This document shows positions 54,282 to 64,000 of a stretch of 64,000 bases of DNA, in pieces. The stretch is from positions 79,324 through 143,323 of IMG/VR virus record IMGVR_UViG_3300025881_000006; one strand, written 5' to 3'. The notes below the pieces were generated by a model, which searched no databases, was not told the origin of the DNA, and saw only the letters and a program-made list of their open reading frames with translations. The stretch is from a virus. Both the position numbers and the translations under genes were made by a program. How positions within the stretch are numbered: the first letter of the stretch is position 1; every line of letters starts with the position of its first letter.

Positions 54282-57169
54282 TATTGGTGTTTAATGAAGT
54301 TAACAGTAATGTCATCTATAACTGACACTGTCCCATCACTTAACAATTCTAAGCGTGTTGCCACTGAACTAACTGAAGACTTATCTACTACTGTGTAAGT
54401 TGATAATAAGTTATCCTCACCCAGTCCATCCAAGTCAACAGAGATAACCTCACCTCCTGCATCGTCTTTGAGTGCGTTCTCAATGTTTTGTACTGAGACC
54501 GTATCTAACGTTAACTGCTGTGCAATAACACTGCGAGTAGAACGTGTGATAGCTGTACGTAGTGCAATGTCCTCAAACCCAGACGTAGTTAAGTAGTACG
54601 TAACTACAAACGACTGTGCTGAAGGTATTTCAACCACCTCACCGTTACTAATAGTTACTGCAATAGTACCAACAGTTTGTTTAGGTGAGAAATCAATGCG
54701 AGTACGCTCTAATAGTAAGCTAGATATATTAGCAATATCTTCATCTAGATAATCTACAACAGATAAAGGTATCGTATTTCTGTAACTTACTACCTCAGGG
54801 TCAGTGGCGTAGAAGAACCTTGCATCAAAACAAACCAGTGTTAACTGTCTGTTTAAAGTACGTGGGTCTCTTACCATCGGATTACCATCGTTATCCAGTA
54901 TCACTTCACCGTAGAGATGTTTATACTGCACTTCATTTTCTTCGTTTAATACAGCATCTCCTTTTCGGTGTAGGTACTCAAAGATAACATCGCCATTACC
55001 GTCCACTGTAAAGCTCTGTGCGCCGTCTTCATCTAATTTAGGTACATCCTTATCATAAACCCAAACTACGTCCTCCTCGTACGTCTGGTAGCGAGATGAA
55101 GAGATTACAGAACGTGACTCACTGCGTAGCAATGACATTTCGTAACCTAAGCGTAATGTGATAGACTCATCCATAATACCAACAGTATTACCAACAACTA
55201 AACCGTTATTGATAACATCATCAATCTCTGAAGTAGGAAGGTTAAGGTTATCATCATCAATTACAAAGAATAACAATCTAAATGAAGTATCTAAATCAGT
55301 ATAGTACACTTGAATATCATCAGGATACTGTCTAAAGTTAGTGACACCTAAACGATGTTTAGCATCAACATCGTAGTTTGTCTCAATGATAAATTCAAAC
55401 ATGGCTTTATCATCAACGTATCCAGCAAAGGTAGCGTTAAGTAATGTGTACCTATCATCACCTTCAGGAAGGAAGCCTAACTGTAGTCCTAATTGATTGA
55501 TATCAAACACGTCATCAAATCCACTGGTCTCTACTGTCACCAATAAACGATATCCCTGTTCTACACGTTCAAAGCTAGTACCAAAGGTAGAGGCCTGTGC
55601 TGCAATTTGAGTATTATCTCTATTAAAACGTCTAGAGATAACCGAAGGTGCATCTAAGTAGTACGGTCTTAAATCAAAGATATTATCAGAGGCATCTAAG
55701 ACATAGTGAAAAGGTGTGTATAAGTACGTACGTTCATTAAGCGTTTGTATCAATCGCTGTGAACTTAAAGCACCCAGTGCTACCTGTTCCACTTCTGGTA
55801 ATAGTTTCAATAGACCGTTTTCAAACGTATAAATAGATTCAGGGCTAAGTGTTACCCGTAGTCCATTGTCGTAAGCATATTGTCTGGAAGCTACTTCATT
55901 CATATCCACTTCAGTTAGTGCCGTAAGGGTACCAATAGGGGAAGATATACTATCTACCGATGGCAGAGGTAATAAACGAATAGCCTGATACACTCGGTCA
56001 GTGATATTATCAATACGCTTAACAATGCCGTAACCTTTATCACTTAATAACGTTTCTAATTGAATATCGGTTATCGGTGTTTCTTTGCGATTAGCATTAA
56101 AGATAACACGTTGCTTCAATTCACTTAGACCAATACCATCTCGTCCACCACGCGTTGTGTCGTTAGAGAATATACCCATACTACTGATAGAAGCTAGGGG
56201 TGCGGTAAAGGTATCTGTCCCGTTACTAGTGATATTATTAAAGGAGATAGCGTACTGCTCCATAGGGAAGTTAGAAAGTATCACTTCCTGATTACCCTTA
56301 GTAGAATAGATATCAACTCTAATTTGAGTACCCAACTTACCACCACTAACATACACCTGTGGAATGTTTACCTTCAACCGTTGACCAACTACTTGTAAAA
56401 GAGCAGTTGCTTCGGTGGGGTCAAACACTTGGTCAGAGTGAGTGGTTTTTATTTGTCTCCATCCAGCAGCAGGAGAACCTGTAAATACACGTGCATGATA
56501 GAATGATTGTTTAAACGTGAATGTTTGAGTTAACCCAGTCGATGCATTGATGGGGAAATACTGGTCTTGTAACACGAACTGATAAATAGGTGTATCTATT
56601 TTGATGTAGTCTAATCCATCTAAGGTAACTATTTCAAAATCCACCACGTTGGTTGCTAGGGTTTCTAATTCGTTTACTACAGAGGCATCGTACACTATCT
56701 GTAATGAATCGTTAGGCAGTACGCGCATTTCGATAGGATAATGTATACCGAATGTATTACCGCCCACGGTAATAGAAGTGTTTCTAGGGATGACTATCTT
56801 ACGTACACCCCCGTTAACATCATTAACAGCCAAAGCCTTTACTTCATCTACACTGAATATGAAACTACCTGTTGCACGTCCCGGTAATGCAAAGCGACCG
56901 ATGTAGTCTTCATCCGCCATATGACGATAGAGTTCTTCTTGAGAGGTTGCAATTGAAGGATAGAGTTCTCTGGCTATCGATTGACTATATTGCATTGAGG
57001 TAGCAGCAGTAGTTGCACTGGCTTCCATTAAAAAGATAAAGGGATTAGTTGCATCCACTACATCTATCTTACCTTCCAAGGCTGTTTCTAATGTATCTAA
57101 AATGGCAGACTGAATAGCACTTGGGTCAAACCGCACTATGTCAATTTTATCTCTTAGGTTATTACTCAT
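54281..57169 (-). CDS. baseplate wedge-like structural protein (phiKZ gp87-like)
   Basis: About 962 aa; NPF.FL.EA, YPS.A...ELYRHM, T.GGRDG...ELKQRVI resembles baseplate J/gp6; synteny. Confidence 0.72.
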   Translation of the reverse strand: MSNNLRDKIDIVRFDPSAIQSAILDTLETALEGKIDVVDATNPFIFLMEASATTAATSMQYSQSIARELYPSIATSQEELYRHMADEDYIGRFALPGRATGSFIFSVDEVKALAVNDVNGGVRKIVIPRNTSITVGGNTFGIHYPIEMRVLPNDSLQIVYDASVVNELETLATNVVDFEIVTLDGLDYIKIDTPIYQFVLQDQYFPINASTGLTQTFTFKQSFYHARVFTGSPAAGWRQIKTTHSDQVFDPTEATALLQVVGQRLKVNIPQVYVSGGKLGTQIRVDIYSTKGNQEVILSNFPMEQYAISFNNITSNGTDTFTAPLASISSMGIFSNDTTRGGRDGIGLSELKQRVIFNANRKETPITDIQLETLLSDKGYGIVKRIDNITDRVYQAIRLLPLPSVDSISSPIGTLTALTEVDMNEVASRQYAYDNGLRVTLSPESIYTFENGLLKLLPEVEQVALGALSSQRLIQTLNERTYLYTPFHYVLDASDNIFDLRPYYLDAPSVISRRFNRDNTQIAAQASTFGTSFERVEQGYRLLVTVETSGFDDVFDINQLGLQLGFLPEGDDRYTLLNATFAGYVDDKAMFEFIIETNYDVDAKHRLGVTNFRQYPDDIQVYYTDLDTSFRLLFFVIDDDNLNLPTSEIDDVINNGLVVGNTVGIMDESITLRLGYEMSLLRSESRSVISSSRYQTYEEDVVWVYDKDVPKLDEDGAQSFTVDGNGDVIFEYLHRKGDAVLNEENEVQYKHLYGEVILDNDGNPMVRDPRTLNRQLTLVCFDARFFYATDPEVVSYRNTIPLSVVDYLDEDIANISSLLLERTRIDFSPKQTVGTIAVTISNGEVVEIPSAQSFVVTYYLTTSGFEDIALRTAITRSTRSVIAQQLTLDTVSVQNIENALKDDAGGEVISVDLDGLGEDNLLSTYTVVDKSSVSSVATRLELLSDGTVSVIDDITVNFIKHQ

Positions 57170-57170
57170 T

Positions 57171-58196
57171 TTATCCCCCTGCCCGTAGAGCATTATTTTC
57201 GTTTACGAGTAGTTTGTAGCGTTCGTTCTCTACCCACCACTGTAATTCATTATCTTGAGCTATCCAAGGATACCCTTCGTAGTTAAACAGTCGTTGTTCA
57301 GACTTCCCTAACTTTACAAATCTATCTGCTCGGTAACGTTCATCCATTAATGGGTTAAACAGTATCACCGTAGCATTAAACTCAACAATGGTAATTGGGT
57401 CATTATACTCAGCACCTATACAACGAAACGGAATACTTATCTGCTCATTGTCTTGGGCTAATGGTGAATCTGAACTGTAGTTAAATGCAGCACCTAAGGG
57501 TGAGGCAGTTGGAAAGGCAGCACCACATGCTCCTATCTTCTGTACGAAGGTACGAGTAGGGTCTAAGACTAAACGATATATTCTAGTCATGTAGTCTATT
57601 TCATTTTCCACTATCATTTCAGGATAAGGAACTAATTCCCCCATCGCTACCGCAGCGGCATAATGTGTCCACGCATGGAACAGTGCGTTAATTGGGTCAC
57701 CTGCTATATTACGAAAGTTTGCAGTTAAATCAAAGGTACCAAAGTTACGAGGAACATCATCCACCATTGACCAACTTTCTTTTACTATACCTTCTGGTGC
57801 CGTGTAAGTATCCAAATCAATATCCGGCCATCCACTAATAGATAGTAGGTTATTTGTCAACATAGGTATGAAAGGCATACGGTCATCTACCATTGGGCAG
57901 GTGACATTACGCTCTAGAGCCCCTACGTGATCTAATAGAACACGGATTAATCTAGGTAGTGTATTTGGCGATTGTGTGAGTAGTGGACTAAGGATACGGC
58001 TCGTTGCAACGTTATCGTATGACAAATTTAACCGTGGTCGTGTAAAAAACGTTAACCCGTGGTTGTCGGTATTTTGGGTGGTGGGGTTTCCAACACCTCT
58101 ATGATTTATTCCCCGCTGGATATTTGCAGTGGAGGTACTTAGATTCCCCAGACCGCTATCACGTGCTATGTTATTGATAATATCACGATTTGACAT
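57171..58196 (-). CDS. baseplate hub/tube-like structural protein (phiKZ gp88-like)
   Basis: GLTFFTRPRLNL, F.PMLTNNL.SISGWPD, DYMTRIYRLVLD; synteny. Confidence 0.7.
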   Translation of the reverse strand: MSNRDIINNIARDSGLGNLSTSTANIQRGINHRGVGNPTTQNTDNHGLTFFTRPRLNLSYDNVATSRILSPLLTQSPNTLPRLIRVLLDHVGALERNVTCPMVDDRMPFIPMLTNNLLSISGWPDIDLDTYTAPEGIVKESWSMVDDVPRNFGTFDLTANFRNIAGDPINALFHAWTHYAAAVAMGELVPYPEMIVENEIDYMTRIYRLVLDPTRTFVQKIGACGAAFPTASPLGAAFNYSSDSPLAQDNEQISIPFRCIGAEYNDPITIVEFNATVILFNPLMDERYRADRFVKLGKSEQRLFNYEGYPWIAQDNELQWWVENERYKLLVNENNALRAGG

Positions 58197-58228
58197 TGAG
58201 ATTAATACTCCTAAAGAGGGCGTTTATA

Positions 58229-59311
58229 ATGATTAAGGATACCGTCGAGACCACCCTATCGGTGGCCGGTAAAGTGGCAAGTAGTGTAGCTAGTGCCGTC
58301 GGAAGAACCCAAAGTGGATCTCTAATAGAGTTTACCAAAAGTACTCGGGTAGAGCCTATTGTAATGTTAGAAGGTTCCTTACGTGAACAACCTTTCATTA
58401 CAGATGTGTTACAAACCCTCACTTCTCTTTTTAGTGCTTATTATCTACAAGCTGTAGCTTTGACTACAACTGTAAATGGCGTAGATGTTTTGCGTACACT
58501 GGACAGATTATCCACCGAACGTGATGTGGGTAAGAATTTCTTAAAGGGCATTGGTTCAGAAGCATATGCTCATGGTCTACCTAACTACGATACTAAAACC
58601 GTAGGGACTGTTAGTGTTGAAAGTTTAGTATCAAATGAAGACAGTAAACAAACTGGATTTGGTGGTCTAACTGACGTTCCTAATCTTGCAATAGGTAAAC
58701 TATTGGAAGTTACGATTGGCGTAGGTAAAGATTCTGTTACCATTCCCATGGCCGTACGTTTAAACGTTAAAACTGTTAATGCTGATTCATTGGTTCATAT
58801 TTTAACGCTTGGGGTTAAAGATAACAGCGCTAAAGCCCGTTTCCATAGATGGCGTTCTGGTGAACTAGACTTCATCCGCGATTTGATTTTGTGTCAAGAT
58901 TTGATTGATGCAAAACGTAAAGGGATGATAGAAGATAAGACTGGAATAATCGAGCGTCAGGCTCGTCGTGATGAGAAGAATAAGTTCTCAGCATTGTTCT
59001 CTGGTGAAAGTTCTATCAACGCTGCCTCTGGCTTAGTGGTTATCAGTGCCGCTACTGCCAAGAAGATTGAAGGTGAACTAAGTACTAAACTATCTAAGTT
59101 TAGAAAACGTGAAGAACTCTTTAGAGAAGCATTCATCATGTTAATGGTAGTCATCGACCCTGAATGGGAACGTGTTACTATTTACCATCGTTCGATTGAA
59201 GATGAGACTGAATTGTCTCTTAAAGATTTAAAGAACGTTAACAAACGCTCAGGACCAGATGTATTGGAATTGTTAAAAGCATTCCAAGCCGGTACTGCCC
59301 CCCAGCTTTAA
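58229..59311 (+). CDS. head/inner-body protein (phiKZ gp89-like)
   Basis: SLIEFTK..RVEP, GSE and SVE sites, NLAIGKLLEV, QDLID. Confidence 0.7.
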   Translation: MIKDTVETTLSVAGKVASSVASAVGRTQSGSLIEFTKSTRVEPIVMLEGSLREQPFITDVLQTLTSLFSAYYLQAVALTTTVNGVDVLRTLDRLSTERDVGKNFLKGIGSEAYAHGLPNYDTKTVGTVSVESLVSNEDSKQTGFGGLTDVPNLAIGKLLEVTIGVGKDSVTIPMAVRLNVKTVNADSLVHILTLGVKDNSAKARFHRWRSGELDFIRDLILCQDLIDAKRKGMIEDKTGIIERQARRDEKNKFSALFSGESSINAASGLVVISAATAKKIEGELSTKLSKFRKREELFREAFIMLMVVIDPEWERVTIYHRSIEDETELSLKDLKNVNKRSGPDVLELLKAFQAGTAPQL

Positions 59312-59326
59312 GGAGCACCTTACGTT

Positions 59327-60220
59327 ATGAAACTTGAACAATTAATTGACTCCCTTTTGCCTACCTTCAAGAAGTCTCAACTGACTGAAGATATACGCCT
59401 GATACGTGAGGAGTTAAAAACCTCTACGTTACCTGCGTTTAAAACGGCACGGGAAATCACACGTACTGCTCCTTTTACGTCTGAGTTCTCTAAACAATTT
59501 GATGCACAGACTAAACGTGATGTCGATAGTTATAAAGATTACTTCATTGCTACCATCGACACAGCATTAATGCGTGGAATGAATCACTTAGATACCGTTT
59601 TAACCATGGTCGATAAGCACTTCGAAGCTGAAGATATCATGCGTGATGCATTAACCTTTACTAAGGCACACTTGATTCAGTTTACTGAGTTGATGCAGTT
59701 CCTTTCTAGCTACTCTCGTCGTCTTTTATTAGTAACTACTAATTTAGAAACGAATGTACTAGGTGAAGACTTTAATGCAAGTGCATCGAAAGACCTTCAA
59801 TGGTTACGTACGTATCAAGATGCGTTCTTACGTGGTATCAATTTAGTTGCCATGAAAGATGCGGATATGCAAAAGAGCTTTGCTAAAGTTCCTGACATGT
59901 TGTTAACTGTTGATTCAATTGATGCAGCTAAACAAACGGTAGGTGCTTCTAGTGTTGACCCTCTTAAGTTTGGTTTAATACCTTATCGTTACAACCCAAT
60001 CTACCACGTACGTCTTGCAGTCACTCGTTGGCAGGTATCGCGTCAGAAGTTAGCAGCTGAAGAGTTTGAATCTTTAGAGCTACGTTTACTACATCTTCGT
60101 GATAAGCGTGCTGGGAAAGAGAACCCTAAGTTAGAGAAGCAAATTCAATATACTCAAGAGCGCATTGAGAAGCTTCGCTATAAGTTGCATAAAGCTGAAG
60201 AGGATGCCGATGATGAATAG
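59327..60220 (+). CDS. virion structural protein (phiKZ gp90-like)
   Basis: NPIYHVRL...W...LELRLL.L..NP.LEKQI.Y pattern; synteny. Confidence 0.65.
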   Translation: MKLEQLIDSLLPTFKKSQLTEDIRLIREELKTSTLPAFKTAREITRTAPFTSEFSKQFDAQTKRDVDSYKDYFIATIDTALMRGMNHLDTVLTMVDKHFEAEDIMRDALTFTKAHLIQFTELMQFLSSYSRRLLLVTTNLETNVLGEDFNASASKDLQWLRTYQDAFLRGINLVAMKDADMQKSFAKVPDMLLTVDSIDAAKQTVGASSVDPLKFGLIPYRYNPIYHVRLAVTRWQVSRQKLAAEEFESLELRLLHLRDKRAGKENPKLEKQIQYTQERIEKLRYKLHKAEEDADDE

Positions 60221-60797
60221 ACAGCGCTACAGTCCTAAGATTGGCGTTGAATATCCAAGTGGCATAGTCTGTCCCGATAAATTACGTGAACAGCGTAACT
60301 ATGGTGGAGGCCCTAACTGTAATTATGGTTGGGCTGACGCCAAGGCGGAACTGGAAGCTATCTACGAAGATGTATTGCAACGTACCACCAATCAAATCCC
60401 CATGGATACTGTAAACGATATTGTTAAGATAGCGATTTACTTATTCGGCGGCAAGCAGTTTTATCCTATCATGGATTACCAGCACGATAATGGTAACTTC
60501 CAAGGTGATAAAAGACGTTTTGCTATTGACACTTTGAAGTTTATTCAAACAGGTCAACGTGATATGTCGATTACCACATGGATGCGCTACCTAAGTGTTC
60601 AAGAAGAGACGTATACTTCTGAACTACGTGGGGCTATTAAAGAGCCATCAATGATTGACGCTGTGAAAGAATACCGTGTCGGTGTGAAGAATCCATATAC
60701 GCAATGGCTTTCTCACGAAGGTGGTTTGATGGACATGTTACATTCCATGTTTATCTTATTTAGTCAAACTGGTAGAACTAACGAGGTGGCGTATTAA
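60210..60797 (+). CDS. conserved virion-region protein
   Basis: Overlapping start in the structural operon. Confidence 0.65.
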   Translation: MMNRQRYSPKIGVEYPSGIVCPDKLREQRNYGGGPNCNYGWADAKAELEAIYEDVLQRTTNQIPMDTVNDIVKIAIYLFGGKQFYPIMDYQHDNGNFQGDKRRFAIDTLKFIQTGQRDMSITTWMRYLSVQEETYTSELRGAIKEPSMIDAVKEYRVGVKNPYTQWLSHEGGLMDMLHSMFILFSQTGRTNEVAY

Positions 60798-60831
60798 TAC
60801 GCCACTTTATTATCCGTAAGGAGTAAGAATC

Positions 60832-61992
60832 GTGTCTAAACGATTACAGAACCTATTACATACACCTGTCAACCTACCGGATGGTAGTGGGATAGATGTA
60901 GAGTTAGGCTTTAGTACGTTAAGTGTGGAATCTTTTGAAGTCGAACAGGCTAACGATAATCATGATGCACTACTAGCTATCGCTACGGGCCTTGAGAACA
61001 TCGCCAACGTACTATCCGAAGATAGTGATACTACTTTAGTTAATATTGCTACCGAGTCATTACTCGACCCTACAGGGCTAAGTACACAACCTTCAGTTGA
61101 AGGGATAAAGGAAACGCTTAGTAAAATATGGGAAGGGATTAAGAACGCTATTAAAACAGTGATGCGTACACTGAAGAAATGGTGGATGACCTTTACCAAT
61201 CAATTACCTAAGGTAAGGAAGAAAGCACTTAACCTATTAGCTAGAACTAATGCCCTAACTGGTGATAGTACTAATAAAACAGTTACAGTAAAGTCTTCTT
61301 TGGCTAATCGTATCGCGATGGAAGAACGGGTTGATATCGACTTAAGCGTTAAGACTATCTCCGGTATGGCACGTGTATTCACTAAAGATGGATATGCTGG
61401 CATTGAAGCATTTGAAGAAGCAGTCTCTGCAATCATCCCTGTCATGTCTAAGATTACTACTTCTATTAACGATTTCTTCCTCGGTAAACTTAAGAAGTCC
61501 TACGAAGAGATTAAAGGGATATTTGTACCTATCCTAATTCCAGTACCCGGTCATAAAGAGTTTACTTTAGATAAGGACACCTTCACTTTAAAAATAGTGA
61601 ATATGGAAGGTATGAAGGATATCGAGGATGCAGTTGCTATCCCTACTTTATCAGTAGCGGACATCAAAGCACACCTTGAAAGTACTATCGCAACCTTAGA
61701 CGTTTTAATAGATTCCCACAAAGGTTTACTATCACGAATACATGATACTGAATCTCGTATGGAGAAATCTGGAAACGCTTTTGTAAAAGGACTAGGTGAT
61801 TTAAAGGGTAGAGTTACCTCTGCTACCGACAAGGTATCAAAGCCGGTTGATGCGTTTATATTAAACCGTATCAGTAAAGCCACGGCTACTGGCCCTGTAG
61901 GGACGATGAGAATATTAAGTTATACCGCTAGTACGATTGATGCTAATTTGAATATTATTAAACTATCTATCGAGCAGTATAAAAAGAAATAA
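60832..61992 (+). CDS. internal head protein, phiKZ_IP family (gp93-97-like)
   Basis: SVE, GLE, ATE, SVE sites followed by IWEGIK..IK..KKWW. Confidence 0.78.
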   Translation: MSKRLQNLLHTPVNLPDGSGIDVELGFSTLSVESFEVEQANDNHDALLAIATGLENIANVLSEDSDTTLVNIATESLLDPTGLSTQPSVEGIKETLSKIWEGIKNAIKTVMRTLKKWWMTFTNQLPKVRKKALNLLARTNALTGDSTNKTVTVKSSLANRIAMEERVDIDLSVKTISGMARVFTKDGYAGIEAFEEAVSAIIPVMSKITTSINDFFLGKLKKSYEEIKGIFVPILIPVPGHKEFTLDKDTFTLKIVNMEGMKDIEDAVAIPTLSVADIKAHLESTIATLDVLIDSHKGLLSRIHDTESRMEKSGNAFVKGLGDLKGRVTSATDKVSKPVDAFILNRISKATATGPVGTMRILSYTASTIDANLNIIKLSIEQYKKK

Positions 61993-62119
61993 CTCATTAA
62001 ACTGATACCGTCTGGTTCTTGATAGTATGAGTATACTCGGGTTCGGCATTCACCGTGTTCAGTAAGTAATGTCATATAAGCTTATATTTTTAATTGCAAT
62101 TAAATGGAGTAAGACAACC

Positions 62120-63403
62120 ATGTCTAAACGATTACAACAATTCTTTCCTGAAGCCACAAAGCAGGAAAAGACCCCGGCACCAGTAGCCGTATCTGTAGAG
62201 CAGGACCACGCATTAGCAGTGGAAGCTGGTTTTACATCTTTAGAACTTGACCATGTTAGTGTTGAACAAACACTAGAAGACCAAGATTCATTAGTATCAA
62301 TCGCTGCTGGCCTTGAAGGTTTGCAAAACGTAGCACAAGCTTCTTTAGTAGACGGTGGTCTTAAGCGTCAATCTGCTACTCTTTTAGCATTAGGCGTTGA
62401 GTCTTACACTGCACAACTAGGTTTGCCTTCTGGTACAGTACCTTCAGTTGAAGCATTCGGTTCTGACGGCGAAGCGATTACAGCTACTCAAGTATCTGTT
62501 GAAGCTATTGCTGACCAGATTAAGAAAGTATGGGAAGCGATTAAAGCTGCTATCATGAAAGCTATCGCTGCTGTTAAGAAGTGGTGGGCTAACTTCTCTA
62601 ACCAACTTCCTAAAGTTAAAACTCGTGCTGAAGCGATCGTCAAAGCGGCTGAAGGTATTAATGGCGATGCCAAAAATGCTAAAGTTACTATCGGTGAAGG
62701 CGTTGCTAACCGCTTAGCATTCTCTGGTAAACTTGCTCCGTTGGACAAGACTACTAAAGCCTTGTTACCAATTGCTGCTGACTTCGGTTCTGAGTACTTG
62801 AAGACTTCTAAAGAAATCGTTGGCGTATACGCTACAGTTGGTTCTTTAGACTTCACTGCTAAAGTTGATGTTGAAGCTCAAGAAAAACTTATTGCTGATG
62901 CAATCGAAGCCACTAACAAATCGTTAGAAGGTAAATTGAAACTTAAGATGACTGATGGCGTTTCTCAACAGTTGCCTGGTGGCCAAGCTATCTCTTTAAG
63001 TGATAGTGCTTCTAAAGTATCTGTTGTCGACCATGCTGACAAGAAAGATGTTGCTAAAGGTGATTTAGAGCAAGATACCATGCCTGCTACTGAAATCATC
63101 GCTATTGCTAATGAAGCTATCTCAGTATGTGACGCATTGATGGCATCACAGCAGTCTGTTATCGATGGTATCGGTAAATCTTCTGAAGAAGTTCAGAAAG
63201 TTGCTAAAGATATCGTTGACGGTATTGCTAAAGCTGACGATAAAGCTGACAAAGGCGCAGTGTCTTTCGGTAACGACATCGTTAAGAAAATTGGTGCACT
63301 TGCTACCAATGGTCCTGCTGGTTCATTGAAAGTATTTGGCTACACAGCTTCTACTCTTAATGCTGTATTGTCAGTATGTGACGAGTCTGTTAAACAATAC
63401 TAA
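62120..63403 (+). CDS. internal head protein, phiKZ_IP family (gp93-97-like)
   Basis: Eight or more S/A/G-X-E sites; SVEAI..IKKVWEAIK..KKWW. Confidence 0.8.
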   Translation: MSKRLQQFFPEATKQEKTPAPVAVSVEQDHALAVEAGFTSLELDHVSVEQTLEDQDSLVSIAAGLEGLQNVAQASLVDGGLKRQSATLLALGVESYTAQLGLPSGTVPSVEAFGSDGEAITATQVSVEAIADQIKKVWEAIKAAIMKAIAAVKKWWANFSNQLPKVKTRAEAIVKAAEGINGDAKNAKVTIGEGVANRLAFSGKLAPLDKTTKALLPIAADFGSEYLKTSKEIVGVYATVGSLDFTAKVDVEAQEKLIADAIEATNKSLEGKLKLKMTDGVSQQLPGGQAISLSDSASKVSVVDHADKKDVAKGDLEQDTMPATEIIAIANEAISVCDALMASQQSVIDGIGKSSEEVQKVAKDIVDGIAKADDKADKGAVSFGNDIVKKIGALATNGPAGSLKVFGYTASTLNAVLSVCDESVKQY

Positions 63404-63409
63404 TCGTTA

Positions 63410-63438
63410 AGGGGGGTGGCGATTGTCATCCCCTGTTT
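63410..63438 (+). terminator. probable terminator hairpin
   Basis: AGGGGGGTGGC...GTCATCCCCT with G-U pairs. Confidence 0.55.
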
Positions 63439-63513
63439 AACATATTAGTTCCCTAGTAAGGTAAGTGCGTATACACACCCCTTACTATTTATCCAAATTC
63501 CGGAGTATTAAAA

Positions 63514-64000
63514 ATGAGACAAGGTTTATTAGACCATGTACGTCCTACGGTAGCTGAACCAGTTGCCCCAGTAGTGTTGAGTGAAGACGAGCAAACAACT
63601 GCGCTTATGGCTTCAGTTGAAGACTTTAACACTTTTCAACAGTTAGATGAAGAAAATCAACGTGCCCACGATATAGCAATCGGTTTAGAAAACCTTGCTT
63701 TAGTATCTGTTGGTATCGAAGAAGCATCTAACGTCCATTTAGGTTTGATTGACGTAAGTACTGAACTTGCATTAGCCGGTACTGGCATCGATACTGAAGA
63801 AGCATTGCCTGGTTTGGAAGAAATGGCTGGTACGCAAGTATCTGTTGAATCTATCCGTGACATGGTAGCTGCTATCTGGAAATCAATCCAAGAAGGGTTG
63901 GTTAAGATGTGGAAAGCGATTTCAGGTTTCTGGAAACGTATCACACAAGCTATCCCACGTATCAAAGATTCAGCAGAATCTGTTAAAGCTAAAGCTGCTG
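63514..64000 (+). CDS. internal head protein paralog, truncated by the window edge (not in ORF track)
   Basis: MRQGLLDH... read directly; GGAG SD; SVE, GLE, STE, SVE sites followed by IWKSI..MWKAI..FWK. Confidence 0.75.
   Translation, partial: MRQGLLDHVRPTVAEPVAPVVLSEDEQTTALMASVEDFNTFQQLDEENQRAHDIAIGLENLALVSVGIEEASNVHLGLIDVSTELALAGTGIDTEEALPGLEEMAGTQVSVESIRDMVAAIWKSIQEGLVKMWKAISGFWKRITQAIPRIKDSAESVKAKAA

Noticed and set aside
62000-62119. 120-nt leader before an abundant head gene as a possible riboswitch
   Set aside because: No convincing stems or known aptamer motifs; a TATG late promoter at 62026 with a plain UTR explains it.
1-64000. CRISPR arrays, tRNA or rRNA genes, stop-codon reassignment
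   Set aside because: No regularly spaced repeats or cloverleaf with a T-loop were seen by eye, and core genes are intact under code 11. A tRNAscan-SE run would be the definitive check.

Overview
This window is the core of a nucleus-forming, phiKZ-like (Chimalliviridae) jumbo phage genome. It is AT-rich, uses the standard genetic code and is densely coding. In order it holds: a tandem array of nine small genes; the catalytic half of a split B-family DNA polymerase; chimallin; four non-virion RNA polymerase subunits; an SbcD-like nuclease; ChmC- and PicA-like nucleus proteins; an SF2 helicase carrying an intein; a virion RNAP subunit; accessory islets (NADAR, macrodomain, dCTP deaminase, DHFR, AAA+ ATPase, lipoprotein lytic transglycosylase, ankyrin-like proteins); the exonuclease half of the polymerase; and baseplate and internal head genes. 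phiKZ gene-number equivalences rest on motifs plus remembered synteny, not on a database search. Best leads: (1) a probable programmed -1 frameshift at T TTT TTT (40702-40708), with an upstream SD-like element, fusing a 528-aa ORF to a start-less ORF in the manner of tail-chaperone G/GT genes; (2) a TATGCCGT motif just downstream of most terminator hairpins, always in transcript orientation and often replacing the U-tract; (3) a Met-initiated class-3 (WCT) intein in the helicase P-loop; (4) an exact bacterial SSB C-terminal tip (DFDDDIPF) on the ChmC-like protein; (5) a dispersed ankyrin-like family; (6) NADAR plus DarG-like macrodomain as possible anti-DarTG enzymes; (7) two candidate small RNAs. 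No tRNA, rRNA or CRISPR array was seen.
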